This document shows, one piece after another, positions 52,712 through 63,154 of a stretch of 64,000 nt of DNA (positions are counted from its first letter, which is position 1; the number at the start of each line of letters is the position of its first letter). Position numbers and translations under genes: made by a program. The notes under the pieces were generated by a model. The model was not told the origin of the DNA, did no database searches, and saw nothing but the letters and a program-made list of their open reading frames with translations. The DNA comes from Nitrospirota bacterium (GTDB lineage Bacteria > Nitrospirota > Thermodesulfovibrionia > UBA6902): positions 11,970-75,969 of the forward strand of contig JACRHB010000220.1 of NCBI GenBank assembly GCA_016217725.1, read 5' to 3'.

Positions 52712-54236
52712 CCGGGACCTTCCGGGTAATTATCTGCGCGTCGGCGTAATGGTGTTTTTTTTCCCCATCGCCCTGTATCTGTTTACCCTCGCGCCGACCG
52801 TGATCTGGGGGGACAGCGCAAGGTTCGCGCTGGAAGTCAAAAACCTGTATCTCGGCTACAGCGCGGACAGCCACCCGCTTTTCATTGTGCTGGGAAAGGC
52901 CTTCTCTTTCCTGCCGTTTGAATTGGCATACAGCCTCAATCTGCTCGCAGCGGTATCGGCCTCCGCAGCGGTATTTCTCGTCTATCTTATTCTCATTGAG
53001 ATAACGCGATCTAAAATATCCGCCGTTGTCGGCGCCCTCGCCTTATGCGTATCGCATGCCTTCTGGCTCCATGCGGTAACGGCTGAAGTCTATGACCTGA
53101 ACGCGGCGTTTGTCGCGGCAGTGATATTATGCCTGCTGAAGTGGAGGAAAGACCCGGACCGCCGCGCTCCGTTATATGCTGCCGCTTTGTTATTCGGACT
53201 GGGTATGACCAACCATCGGATCATCCTGATCGATCTGATAGGCATAGTAATATTCGTGCTTGTCACAGACTTTAAAATTATCAAAAGGGGCAGGGCGCTG
53301 CTGTCGGTCTTTATTTCATTCTTCGCCGGCAGCCTTTTACTTGTCTACGTCATAATTCAGAAGATGCTTGATAAGCCCGTTACGGTAGTAGCCGACACGT
53401 TCTCCGCAGAGGGATACAAAGACGCCGTCGTCAAATATTCTCCGAAAATTCTTGAAGAGATAGGAATGTATCTTTCATACCTTTTTTATCAGTTCCCCCT
53501 TGCCGGGTTCATCCTCGGCCTTGCAGGGATTGTCGCTCTTTTCAGAAAAGATAAAAAACTCGCCCTGCTCTTTTGCCTGCTGATAATTATGAACTGGCTT
53601 CTATTATTCAAGCTCGGCCCGAGTTACGGTCATTCAAAATACACCTTCTATATCTCGGCATATACGGTCTTCTCGATATTGATCGGCTACGGTTTCTTCT
53701 CACTGAAAAATTACCTGGAGGACAAAGGGCGCTCCGTTGAGAAGCTCTCTCTTATAACGGCCGCATCAGTTGTTCTGCTGCCTGCGCTTCTTTATAATGT
53801 CACTCCGCACCTGACAAAAAGGCTCGGCATCGACCTTCTTCACGCAAGGCCGGTCCCCTACAGGGATAATGATGAATTTTTCCTGAACCCCTCAAAAAGA
53901 GGCTACACCGGGGCGGAGAGGTATGCCAAAGAAGCCTTTGAGACGGCCTCGGCAGGCTCGGTAATAATCTCGGATTATACGCCTTATACGGTGCTTAAAT
54001 ACCTGCAGGATGTAAAGGGCGTAAGGACCGACGTCCTTCTCATCAGGATCGCGGGCCACGGCGGCGTCATCCCGAAGATTTTATCCGAATACTCCGGTAA
54101 GAGAGACATATATTTGGCCGATACGGGCATTCCAAAGTCTTACAAAATGCGCTACCTGGCAAAAAAGTACGCCATCGTCCGGCAGGGCGTATTGCACAAG
54201 CTCATCCAAAAGGAAGTCCCTCCAGCTACCAATTAA
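52671..54236 (+). CDS. DUF2723/TMEM260-like GT-C fold membrane protein (probable start at MVFFF, 52749)
   Basis: ~11 TM helices; the conserved acidic first loop (VIWGDSARF) is typical of PMT/ArnT-like GT-C enzymes. Confidence 0.55.
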   Translation: MSYCREDYRCRPISRDLPGNYLRVGVMVFFFPIALYLFTLAPTVIWGDSARFALEVKNLYLGYSADSHPLFIVLGKAFSFLPFELAYSLNLLAAVSASAAVFLVYLILIEITRSKISAVVGALALCVSHAFWLHAVTAEVYDLNAAFVAAVILCLLKWRKDPDRRAPLYAAALLFGLGMTNHRIILIDLIGIVIFVLVTDFKIIKRGRALLSVFISFFAGSLLLVYVIIQKMLDKPVTVVADTFSAEGYKDAVVKYSPKILEEIGMYLSYLFYQFPLAGFILGLAGIVALFRKDKKLALLFCLLIIMNWLLLFKLGPSYGHSKYTFYISAYTVFSILIGYGFFSLKNYLEDKGRSVEKLSLITAASVVLLPALLYNVTPHLTKRLGIDLLHARPVPYRDNDEFFLNPSKRGYTGAERYAKEAFETASAGSVIISDYTPYTVLKYLQDVKGVRTDVLLIRIAGHGGVIPKILSEYSGKRDIYLADTGIPKSYKMRYLAKKYAIVRQGVLHKLIQKEVPPATN

Positions 54237-55517
54237 ATGCTGAGATCTTTATTTTTACTCAGGGAGCTTCAGAGCAATCTAAAGCTTAAAAGAGACGAAC
54301 TGGAGCGGATACAGCTCGGGAAGCTTAAGGCCTTGCTCAGGCACGCATACGAAAACGTCCGCTATTACAGAGGGCTTCTTGATTCCGCCGGTATTAAGCC
54401 CGACGACGTTCAGACCTTAAGCGACCTCCGTCTAATTCCCGTAACGGAGAAGGCCGCGTTGCGAAAGCTGGACTTGCAGGAGAAGACCGCAGGGAACATA
54501 GACGTCAAAGCTTGTGTGAAAGTCTTTACAAGCGGCTCCACCGGCATGCCGACACATATCTATTTCACCCGTTATGACCATCTCATGATCGATATGGTGT
54601 ATTTAAGGTCTTTCCTTGTAAACGGGCTCCGGTTCAGGGACAAGAGGGCGTTCATACTCGACCCCCACAGCTTCGAGACAAAAAAATGCTGGTACCACCG
54701 CCTGGGATTGGCCGCATACGAAAACATCTCCTGTTTTACCGACGCCGGGGAGCAGCTGGAGAGGCTGAGGCGCATTCAGCCTGATTTTATCCACGGATAC
54801 CCGTCAAGCCTGGCGCTCATAGCCCGCCTGATGCTTGAAAAAGGGACCAAGGACGTAAGACCGCGCCTGGTCTCGACGTCAGCAGAGCTCCTTCATCAAA
54901 AACAGAGGGAGACGATCAACGCCGCCTTCGGCATAAGTCTCTATGACAGGTACGCCGCAAGGGAATGCGGCAATATCGCATGGGAATGCGACAGGCATGA
55001 CGGATACCATATAAACATCGACACTTCGGTAGTGGAGATCATCAGAGACGACAAGCCCGCCGGATACGGAGAGCCCGGCGACGTAATTGTCACGAACCTC
55101 CATTCATATGCAATGCCTTTTATCAGATATAAGATCGGCGACATAGGCGCTTTGTCCGACCGAACCTGTCCGTGCGGCGTCGAAACGCCTCTGATGCGGA
55201 CCGTCGAAGGAAGGGACGAAGACTTCATCATACTTAAAGACGGGAGGCTCATATCCCCTATGATGGTGACGGGCACCCTCGATTATGTGCCGGGCATACG
55301 ACAGTTCAGAGTGGTTCAGGAAAGCATGGACGTCGTAACTGCGCTCCTTGCAAAAGGCGACGGCTTTGCGCCCGAAACCGTAGATAAGGCGAAGGAGAGC
55401 CTGAGAGAGATATTCGGCAGCGGTATCGAGATAAGGTGCAGCGCGGTCGAAGAGCTCCCGGGAGAGAATAATGGAAAAGTGCGGGCGGTGCTTTCAAAGG
55501 TGCGTGAAACAAATTAG
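54237..55517 (+). CDS. phenylacetate-CoA ligase-like adenylate-forming enzyme (PaaK / CapK / coenzyme F390 synthetase family)
   Basis: 426 aa; P-loop-like FTSGSTGMPT; N-terminal YENVRYYRGLLDSAGIKPDDVQTLSDLRLIPVTEK matches the PaaK-family N-terminus; paralog at 60206..61510. Confidence 0.8.
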   Translation: MLRSLFLLRELQSNLKLKRDELERIQLGKLKALLRHAYENVRYYRGLLDSAGIKPDDVQTLSDLRLIPVTEKAALRKLDLQEKTAGNIDVKACVKVFTSGSTGMPTHIYFTRYDHLMIDMVYLRSFLVNGLRFRDKRAFILDPHSFETKKCWYHRLGLAAYENISCFTDAGEQLERLRRIQPDFIHGYPSSLALIARLMLEKGTKDVRPRLVSTSAELLHQKQRETINAAFGISLYDRYAARECGNIAWECDRHDGYHINIDTSVVEIIRDDKPAGYGEPGDVIVTNLHSYAMPFIRYKIGDIGALSDRTCPCGVETPLMRTVEGRDEDFIILKDGRLISPMMVTGTLDYVPGIRQFRVVQESMDVVTALLAKGDGFAPETVDKAKESLREIFGSGIEIRCSAVEELPGENNGKVRAVLSKVRETN

Positions 55518-55579
55518 CTGCATCCGGCAACGGAGCTGTTTTTATGATAATAAAATCAAGCTGAACAAATAACCGCGAT

Positions 55580-56863
55580 ATGAAAATTCTATTAATAAAA
55601 CCCGATCAATTAAATGCAAACGGAGATAAACTGGGAATGAAGACGCCCATGAGGACCCTGAACCTTCCTTATCTGGCTGCTTTGACACCCCGTGAAATTA
55701 CCGTTGAAATAGTCGATGACAGCATGGAGGAAATAAATTTCACCGGCGCTTATGACTTCATAGGCATAACGGCAATGACAGGTCAGGCGACCAGGGCCTA
55801 TCAAATAGCCGATAAATTCAGAGAGAAAGGCCGGAAAGTCATAATGGGCGGCATTCACGCCACCGCGCTTCCGGAGGAGGCGCTTCAACACTGCGATTCC
55901 GTTGTTATCGGGGAAGTGGAGAATTTATGGAAAGACATTCTTGAAGATTTCAGATCGGGAAAACCTGAACAGATTTATAAAGCGGAACAGTTGGCCGATC
56001 TCAGGAGCTTGCCGATGCCGAGGTATGAGCTCCTCAAACAGAAGAAATTCTTTTCTCCTTTTGTCCCGATCCAGGCGACCAGGGGATGTCCTCATAATTG
56101 CAATTTCTGCGCTGTAAGCACATATTACGGCAATAAATACCGGTTCCGGCCGGTAGAAGACGTGGTAAAAGAAATAGTCGGCTCCGGTTATAAAAAATTT
56201 TATTTTTGCGATGACAATATTACGGCGAATAGAAAATATTCGCGCGAATTATTTAAGGCCCTGATACCTCTCAAGATAAACTGGGTGGGCCAGTCTACGG
56301 TAAACCTGGGGAGGGACGAGGAGCTTTGTAAATTGGCGGCGGCGAGCGGCTGCCACTTCATGTGTCTCGGGATAGAGAGCGTGGATCAGGATAATCTCAT
56401 ATCCATGAACAAGGGATGGAGCAAGGTTTCGGATTTCCACGTCTTATTGAACAACATGCGCAGAAACGGCTTGAGCTTTGTCCTGAACATGATCGTAGGG
56501 TTTGATAAGGACGACAACAAGGTGTTCTCAAAGATATATGATTTTTCAATGGAGTGCAAGACATTTTTTCTTGCATTGAATACCCCGATCCCGTATCCCG
56601 GGACGAAATTTGCGCAGGAGCTGGAGGATAACGGGAGGCTTTTACATAAAGACTGGTCGAAATACGTGCAGGGCGGCATAGTCTACAAATTGCAAAACAT
56701 GGATCCTGAGGAGCTGAGAGACGGTTATTGGAGGCTTCTGCGGAAATTCTTCTCTATAAGATCCATCTTGATAAGAGCGGGCGGACAGCCTCTGCATAAT
56801 CTGGCTTTTTATTTTGACAGGAATATCGGCACATACCTGTCTGTGAAGAAAGGGCGGTATTAG
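55580..56863 (+). CDS. B12-binding domain radical SAM protein
   Basis: KILLIKP...LNLPYLAAL...; CxxxCxxC (TRGCPHNCNFCAV). Confidence 0.85.
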   Translation: MKILLIKPDQLNANGDKLGMKTPMRTLNLPYLAALTPREITVEIVDDSMEEINFTGAYDFIGITAMTGQATRAYQIADKFREKGRKVIMGGIHATALPEEALQHCDSVVIGEVENLWKDILEDFRSGKPEQIYKAEQLADLRSLPMPRYELLKQKKFFSPFVPIQATRGCPHNCNFCAVSTYYGNKYRFRPVEDVVKEIVGSGYKKFYFCDDNITANRKYSRELFKALIPLKINWVGQSTVNLGRDEELCKLAAASGCHFMCLGIESVDQDNLISMNKGWSKVSDFHVLLNNMRRNGLSFVLNMIVGFDKDDNKVFSKIYDFSMECKTFFLALNTPIPYPGTKFAQELEDNGRLLHKDWSKYVQGGIVYKLQNMDPEELRDGYWRLLRKFFSIRSILIRAGGQPLHNLAFYFDRNIGTYLSVKKGRY

Positions 56864-57023
56864 AGCCAATTTGTAGAAATTTGCGGCTGATATCTTTTCC
56901 TCCTGCTGGTTCAATCTTGTAGATTGAACCAACCGTTTAACAGACATTAAATATAAAGGTTCAAACTACAAGCCTGAACCAGCAGAGTCGGCTGTTAGCT
57001 GATAGCTGTCAGCTTTTTACATC

Positions 57024-58637
57024 ATGAGCATATTCTCCAACATCCCTGTCTTATACAAACACTACAAGGCCACCTCCGCCATATTGAGGAAGGTCTTTAA
57101 ATATCCTTTAACGCCCGACAAGAGCGGGCAGATAATTGCGGACAGGCTCAGCAGGCGGAATGAAAATTTTCTTGAGACCGTGGAGAAGACGATATATGCT
57201 TTCCCCTCGAGTCCGTACAGGCTGCTCCTGGAGCGCGCCGGGTATGGGTTTCAGGACATATATAAGCTCGTGATGACGAAAGGGCTCGAAGACACCCTCG
57301 GGGATTTATATTCAAAAGGGGTCTACATCGACATATTGGAATTCAAGGGCAAGAAAACAGCGGTGAGAGGTGATTCGAGCTTCAATTTCAAAGAGAAGGA
57401 TTTCTCCAACCCTCTGCTTACAACGGGACTGGACACAAAGAGCGGCGGCACGAGGAGCGCGGGCACGAGCATTGTGGTTCCCCTTGAGTACATTGAGCAG
57501 CATAACGCTTACGGCGTATTTGCCGCCCGTGAAAACAATATGATGAAGAACCCGGCCGTCATCTGGCTTCCCATCCTGCCTGCCGGTGAAGGCCTGTTCT
57601 TCAACCTGAGGTTTGCGGCAATGGGCAACCCGCCCGTGAAATGGTTTTCACAGGTCGACGAAAAATACATAAAGCCCTCCATGACCGACAAGCTGAAGAC
57701 AAAGACCTCGATATGGACTGCTGCGTTTTACGGCAAAAAGATACCGGCGCCGGAGTTCGTAGACATGAGGAAGACGGTGAGCATTGCGCGATGGATGAAC
57801 GGGAATCTCGGTAAGGCAGCCGGCTTCTCGGTGGTGACATATGCAAGCTCCGCGCTCCGGCTGATAACCGAGGCGAAGAAACATGATCTCAGGCTCGGGG
57901 AAACGGCCTTCTGGCTGATGGGCGAGCCGCTGACCGATAAAATATCGGATGAGATCAGGGATTTCGGGTGCAGGGCGTATTCGCTTTACGGCTGCAACGA
58001 GCTGATGATAATAGGGCAGGGCTGCGCAAACCCTCGCGAGCCCGACGACATGCATTTCTGCAAGGACAAGCTCGCGGTCCTTCAGCGCAAAACAGAAGTA
58101 GAGCATTCCGACGTCTCCGTCGATGCGTTTTACTTCTCGACGATATTGAAATCCAGCCCGAAGATATTCCTCAACACCCAGACCGGAGATTATGGAGTGA
58201 TCGAAAAAAGGAGCTGCGGCTGCGGCTTTGAAAAGCTCGGTTTCACCGAGCACATACACACCGTGAGGAGCTTTGAAAAACTCACTGCGGAGGGCGCGAC
58301 CTTTATCGGCAGCGACCTTATCCCGCTCGTGCAAAAGATCCTGCCTTCGGAATTCGGCGGCGACGCAACGGACTATCAATTCGTGGAGGAGCCGGATGAA
58401 AGCGGCTTCCCCAGGCTCTTCATACTGGTAAACCCCGACCTGGGCGAGCTTGACGATACCAAAATGAAAGCGCTGGTGTTTGAGACCATGGGCGCGGGGG
58501 AATATTCGCATGCGTACTCAAGGTCCTACTGGAGCCAGGCGGACACTGTCCGGATAAAAAGGGAGCATCCGATACCGACCGCGCGCGGGAAGATAGTCCC
58601 GCTGCACATAAGAAAAAAAACTGGAGGGAATTCTTGA
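57024..58637 (+). CDS. hypothetical protein, possibly a divergent adenylate-forming enzyme (PaaK/LuxE/GH3-like)
   Basis: 537 aa; ...DTKSGGTRSAGTSIVVP... resembles the Ser/Thr/Gly-rich AMP-binding P-loop; otherwise unassigned. Confidence 0.4.
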   Translation: MSIFSNIPVLYKHYKATSAILRKVFKYPLTPDKSGQIIADRLSRRNENFLETVEKTIYAFPSSPYRLLLERAGYGFQDIYKLVMTKGLEDTLGDLYSKGVYIDILEFKGKKTAVRGDSSFNFKEKDFSNPLLTTGLDTKSGGTRSAGTSIVVPLEYIEQHNAYGVFAARENNMMKNPAVIWLPILPAGEGLFFNLRFAAMGNPPVKWFSQVDEKYIKPSMTDKLKTKTSIWTAAFYGKKIPAPEFVDMRKTVSIARWMNGNLGKAAGFSVVTYASSALRLITEAKKHDLRLGETAFWLMGEPLTDKISDEIRDFGCRAYSLYGCNELMIIGQGCANPREPDDMHFCKDKLAVLQRKTEVEHSDVSVDAFYFSTILKSSPKIFLNTQTGDYGVIEKRSCGCGFEKLGFTEHIHTVRSFEKLTAEGATFIGSDLIPLVQKILPSEFGGDATDYQFVEEPDESGFPRLFILVNPDLGELDDTKMKALVFETMGAGEYSHAYSRSYWSQADTVRIKREHPIPTARGKIVPLHIRKKTGGNS

Positions 58638-58638
58638 C

Positions 58639-60057
58639 ATGAAGATAACGTTGGTATATCCGGGGATCGCGCAGATCGGCTTCGGCAGCTTCGGCCGTGG
58701 CACGCCGACTACGAACCTTATGAGCCTCGGCCTCGGCTATCTCGGGGCGTCTATAAAAAAGAATACAAAACACGAAGTAGACGTCCTAGACCTGAGGAAG
58801 ATGAAGGGATGGGATGACTTCGGCAGGGAGCTGAAAGAGAGGTCGTGCGACATTGCCGGCATTTACACGAATACGGTTAACTTCGAATATGCGATGAAGT
58901 GCGCGGAAATCACCCATAAGATGGGCAAGACGGTAATTGCCGGAGGCCCCCACGCAACGCTCGCCCCTCAGGAGCTTCTCGATACGGGCCACGTCGACCA
59001 CGTCATCACGGGTGAAGCCGAGTTTACCATCGTTGACGTGCTTGAAAAATTTGACAGGGGTCTCGGGATGGAAAAAATTATCCAGGGTCAGCCCGTGGAA
59101 AACCTTGACGAGCTGCCGTTTCCGGACAGGGACCTGTTCAATCTGGACAAACGTCTCAAATACCTTCCGGGCATATTCCCCTTCCCTCCGAGATACGCGG
59201 GCGTGCTTGCGAGCAGGGGCTGCGGCTTCAACTGCAAGTTCTGTCAGCCCCTTGAAAGGAAGATTTTCGGCAAGAGGCTTAAATTTCGCTCTGTAGACAA
59301 CATCATAAAGGAAGTCGCGCAGTTGAAAGAGCGCTACGGCGTCGAGTTCATCATGTTCCAGGACGACCAGCTTACGCAGAACAGGGAATGGGTGCTCGAC
59401 CTGAGCGCCGAGATGAAAAAAGTAGGCATAGACTGGGGCGCGCTCGCAAGGGTGGATACGATAAACGAGCACGTGGTCAAGAGCATGAAGGAGGCGGGAT
59501 GTCTCGTGCTCCAGTTCGGCTTTGAAAGCGGCTCGCAGAAGATACTCGACTTCCTGAGGAAGAGGGCCGGGGTCGAGCAGGCGGTAGAGGCGGCAAGGCT
59601 CTGCCATGAAAACGGCGTGCTCATCTTTGCGAATTATATGATGGGCATCCCGACCGAGACAGAGGAAGACGTTGAAGCGACTTACGAGCTTATGAAAAAA
59701 ATTAACCCTGAGATCCATGCGCTGAGCTATTTCTCACCGATACCTGGAAGCGACCTCTACGATTACTGCAAGGAAAGAGACCTGATAAACGTGACTTCTT
59801 ACGACATGTATGCGCGGGGCGCCGTCGAGAACAAGCTGAAAGGGATAGATTACAAGGCGCTCGACCGTATGAAGAAGAAGATCGAAAAATGCACCCCCGC
59901 ATGGTATCAGGAGAGCTATTACGCCTCATGCGTTATGAAACGGTGGAGGAAGCTCGCAAAACAGGGGCATACCGTACACATGATAAAGGAGCTCGTGACC
60001 CACACGCCTATGCTCGACAGTACGGTGGGGGCGGTCTACAGGATGGTGAAAAGATAG
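58639..60057 (+). CDS. B12-binding domain radical SAM protein
   Basis: ITLVYPGIAQIG...LMSLGLGYLGASIKK...; CxxxCxxC (SRGCGFNCKFCQP). Confidence 0.85.
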   Translation: MKITLVYPGIAQIGFGSFGRGTPTTNLMSLGLGYLGASIKKNTKHEVDVLDLRKMKGWDDFGRELKERSCDIAGIYTNTVNFEYAMKCAEITHKMGKTVIAGGPHATLAPQELLDTGHVDHVITGEAEFTIVDVLEKFDRGLGMEKIIQGQPVENLDELPFPDRDLFNLDKRLKYLPGIFPFPPRYAGVLASRGCGFNCKFCQPLERKIFGKRLKFRSVDNIIKEVAQLKERYGVEFIMFQDDQLTQNREWVLDLSAEMKKVGIDWGALARVDTINEHVVKSMKEAGCLVLQFGFESGSQKILDFLRKRAGVEQAVEAARLCHENGVLIFANYMMGIPTETEEDVEATYELMKKINPEIHALSYFSPIPGSDLYDYCKERDLINVTSYDMYARGAVENKLKGIDYKALDRMKKKIEKCTPAWYQESYYASCVMKRWRKLAKQGHTVHMIKELVTHTPMLDSTVGAVYRMVKR

Positions 60058-60064
60058 AGTTGTT

Positions 60065-60165
60065 ATCCCCTCTCCCTTGATGGGAGAGGGTTAGGGGGAG
60101 GGTGAATCAACAGAATGTCTGAATCACCCTCCCCTTAATCCCCTCCCATCAAGGGAGGGGAAAAG
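60065..60165. repeat. CCCCTC/GAGGGG hairpin-cluster repeat, copy 4 (~45-bp arms)
   Basis: cccctctcccttgatgggagagggttagggggagggtgaatcaacagaatgtctgaatcaccctccccttaatcccctcccatcaagggagggga. Confidence 0.7.
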
Positions 60166-60205
60166 ATAAGAGACACATAGGAACGTCTGCGGAATTGAAG
60201 TTAAA

Positions 60206-61510
60206 ATGATCCTCAACTCCCTCCGACAGTTAAAGCATTTGAAAAAGAATCAGTACCTCTCCACATCGGAGCTAAGGTCGCTTCAGGAAGAGAAGCTGAG
60301 GAATATCGTCGCGCATGCTTACAAAAACGTCCGCTACTACCGGAGGCTTTTTGACGGCGCGGGGATCAGGCCGGACGATATCAGGACGCTCGACGACCTA
60401 TGCAAAATTCCCATCACGACAAAAAAAGACCTGCAGGGTTTGAAGCAGGAGGAGATAGTCTCCGGAGGCGCTGATATGGATAAATGCGTGGTCAAATACA
60501 CGAGCGGCTCCACGGGGCAGCCGTTAAAAATATTCCTGAGCCCCGGAGAGAGGGATTACCAAATCTTGCTTAACCTCCGCATACTCATGGAGAACGGCCT
60601 GCGCCTGACGGACAAGGTGGCTTATCTCATCAACCCTTACAGGTTCCCCAAATCGAAATTCTGGTTTCAGCGCTCGGGTATACTGAGGCGTGAATATCTC
60701 TCCGTATTCGATTACCCTGAAAAACACGCGGCGCTTCTTATGAGAATGAAGCCGGACGTGCTTTACGGTTATCCTTCAAACCTGACGCTTCTGGCGCTGC
60801 ATATAAAGGAAAATGCAATTAACGAGATCCGTCCCAGGCTCGTCTTTTCCGTCGCAGAGGCGCTTGAGCCGAATGCGAGGAAGGCGATAGACTCGATAAT
60901 GAACGTCAGTACCTGTGATATTCTCGGGACCATAGAAATCGGAGACATCGCATGGCAATGCGAAGCGCGCAGCGGCTATCACGTCAGCGCGGATGCGGCG
61001 CTTGTCGAATTCCTGAAAGACGACGGCAGGCCTGCGGGTCCGGGCGAAGAAGGCAAGCTGATCTGCACAAGCCTTTACGGTTACACCATGCCCCTTATAC
61101 GCTATGCCGTCAACGACATATGCGTGCCGTCAGACAGGACCTGCTCCTGCGGGAGGACGCTGCCTATGATGGAGAGTATAAAGGGACGCGCCAACGACTT
61201 CATCATACTGCCCGACGGGAAGGTGATCGCCTCGTGCTTCCTTGTAATAATCATGCAGGCCTTTCACGACGTGGCGCAGTACCGGATAGTGCAGGAAGAT
61301 AAGGCGAGGCTGATCGTGAGCCTTGTGAAGGGAAAGGATTTCAACGCGCGCACGCCGGACCTGATACGGAAGGAGATCGACAGGATCACCGGAAACGCGC
61401 TCAGGGTGGATATGGAGATATTGGATGAATTGCCGAGAGACAAGAGCGGGAAGATAAGGACGGTCGTTTCGAAGGTCATCCCCGGCATGCAGGAGAAGAT
61501 CAGCGTTTAA
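60206..61510 (+). CDS. phenylacetate-CoA ligase-like adenylate-forming enzyme (PaaK/CapK family), paralog 2
   Basis: YTSGSTGQPLK P-loop; N-terminal YKNVRYYRRLFDGAGIRPDDIRTLDDLCKIPITTKKDL, parallel to 54237..55517. Confidence 0.8.
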   Translation: MILNSLRQLKHLKKNQYLSTSELRSLQEEKLRNIVAHAYKNVRYYRRLFDGAGIRPDDIRTLDDLCKIPITTKKDLQGLKQEEIVSGGADMDKCVVKYTSGSTGQPLKIFLSPGERDYQILLNLRILMENGLRLTDKVAYLINPYRFPKSKFWFQRSGILRREYLSVFDYPEKHAALLMRMKPDVLYGYPSNLTLLALHIKENAINEIRPRLVFSVAEALEPNARKAIDSIMNVSTCDILGTIEIGDIAWQCEARSGYHVSADAALVEFLKDDGRPAGPGEEGKLICTSLYGYTMPLIRYAVNDICVPSDRTCSCGRTLPMMESIKGRANDFIILPDGKVIASCFLVIIMQAFHDVAQYRIVQEDKARLIVSLVKGKDFNARTPDLIRKEIDRITGNALRVDMEILDELPRDKSGKIRTVVSKVIPGMQEKISV

Positions 61511-61575
61511 TTGATTATTTGCCACAGAGAACACAGAGGACACAGAGGAAAATAGAAGATGAGCGCGTGCAGAGA

Positions 61576-61619
61576 TACCCTCTCCCTTGACGGGAGAGGG
61601 TTAGGGAGAGGGTGAATCA
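61576..61619. repeat. CCCTCTCCC/GGGAGAGGG hairpin (single arm of the family) plus upstream (ACAGAGGA)n tandem words at 61522-61550
   Basis: accctctcccttgacgggagagggttagggagagggtgaatcat. Confidence 0.6.
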
Positions 61620-63138
61620 TTGGTGGGCATCAGGAAAAATGAATAGAGGCATATTATTCGGCGGTGTTGCCGTATTGGTCCTTGCGGTCTTCTATCCCGT
61701 CATCGACAGTTTTTTTGTCACCGACGACATGCGGTTGATATATATCTCTTCCCCGATTTCATCGCAAGGCATAACGGATTTCTTTTCTTCCTCCGGAGGA
61801 TGGTTCGCAGGGTTTTACAGGCCGCTCATAAGGACGGCCTTCTTCGTCGATTATTCGTTATATAACTTGAACCCGGCCGGTTATCACATAACCAACCTGC
61901 TGTTTCATATCGCCTCTGCAATAATCGTATTTTACCTTGCAAGGCTTTTGACGGGCAGTGAAAAGACGGGGGCCTTCGCAGCCTTCATCTTCGCCGTGCA
62001 GCCGCTTCACACAGAGGCGGTGTCATGGATTTCGGGCCGGGGGGACGTGATGTTTACTTTTTTTTACCTCGCCGCTCTGTTAAGCTTTCTCAAGTTCAAA
62101 TCGGACGAAGACGGGGAAAAGCCTTATCTTGTCTTATCCGTTATCTGTTTTATACTTTCTTTACTGGCAAAAGAATCGGCGGTTACCCTGCCCGTCATGC
62201 TCTTTCTGACAGAATGGCTCTACAACCGCCGGGCCCCGGATAATACACGTCACGGGATAAAATTCGCGCATCACGCGCCTTTTGTTTTTGTTCTCATCCT
62301 CTACGCCCTCTTTAAATATTTTTTTATCGGGGGCGGCATGTATGACCATGGGATCGGGACCATTACGTTTCTGAGAACGGTATATCATTTCTTTCAACTG
62401 TTCGCGCCGGTAAATATCGACACCTTTAGATTCGGCAACATGCCCGGCTTTATCCTTAATTCAATAATTGTATTGAACCTCGCAGTCCTGCTGTTTGCAT
62501 ATCTGTATTTATGCCGCAATAAAAAAGGGGCGCTGCCTCTCTTTGCATACTGCGCCCTATGGCTGGTGATAACGTCCTTCCCTCTGTACTTTGTGCCGGG
62601 AGTAAGGTTCCTGTATGTTTCATCGGTCGCATCTTCCATTCTCATGGGCGTTATCCTGACCGGGCTAGCGGGCGCCGTGAAAGAGCGGCGCACGAAGGTC
62701 CCGGCGGTTTTAGTCCCCCTGCTGATTCTCAGCATAATTCTCACCTCTTCCGTCAGGACCTTTCAGAGGAACGGCATCTATGATTACGCCGGCGGCATTG
62801 CGGAAAGGGCGCTGGCTCAATTGAAAGATAAACATCCGGAATTCCCCGCGGGCTCCGTTCTTTATTGCATAAATTTCCCGCAGGACTGGGTGCGGGATAC
62901 CGAGGCGTGGGTCAAGCCCATCCCGGTAATGAGCATGGCGGTCAAGGTGAAATACGCGAATGATTCCCTGATCGTGCACGGCGCAATAAAAGGGCTCTCA
63001 ACTTTTGAAGAGAAGCTGGAGTTCCTCGAGAAAAATTCCCTGCGCAAGCACGTAGAGGAAGGCAGGAGCATATACGTTTTCGAGTACAAGGACGGCAGCG
63101 TAATCGAGACGACGGGGCTTTTCAGAAAAGAGATATGA
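61612..63138 (+). CDS. GT-C fold membrane protein (PMT/ArnT-like) with a soluble C-terminal domain
   Basis: 508 aa; ~10 TM; acidic first-loop motif (FFVTDDMRL) characteristic of GT-C family 39/83 enzymes. Confidence 0.55.
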   Translation: MNHWWASGKMNRGILFGGVAVLVLAVFYPVIDSFFVTDDMRLIYISSPISSQGITDFFSSSGGWFAGFYRPLIRTAFFVDYSLYNLNPAGYHITNLLFHIASAIIVFYLARLLTGSEKTGAFAAFIFAVQPLHTEAVSWISGRGDVMFTFFYLAALLSFLKFKSDEDGEKPYLVLSVICFILSLLAKESAVTLPVMLFLTEWLYNRRAPDNTRHGIKFAHHAPFVFVLILYALFKYFFIGGGMYDHGIGTITFLRTVYHFFQLFAPVNIDTFRFGNMPGFILNSIIVLNLAVLLFAYLYLCRNKKGALPLFAYCALWLVITSFPLYFVPGVRFLYVSSVASSILMGVILTGLAGAVKERRTKVPAVLVPLLILSIILTSSVRTFQRNGIYDYAGGIAERALAQLKDKHPEFPAGSVLYCINFPQDWVRDTEAWVKPIPVMSMAVKVKYANDSLIVHGAIKGLSTFEEKLEFLEKNSLRKHVEEGRSIYVFEYKDGSVIETTGLFRKEI

Positions 63139-63154
63139 TCCTAAAAAACGGGAA

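Noticed and set aside
57648-58511. 287-aa minus-strand ORF
   Set aside because: Antisense shadow within the GC-rich 57024..58637 gene; Arg/Ala-rich.
58786-59718. 310-aa minus-strand ORF
   Set aside because: Antisense to the radical SAM gene 58639..60057, which has a canonical CxxxCxxC.
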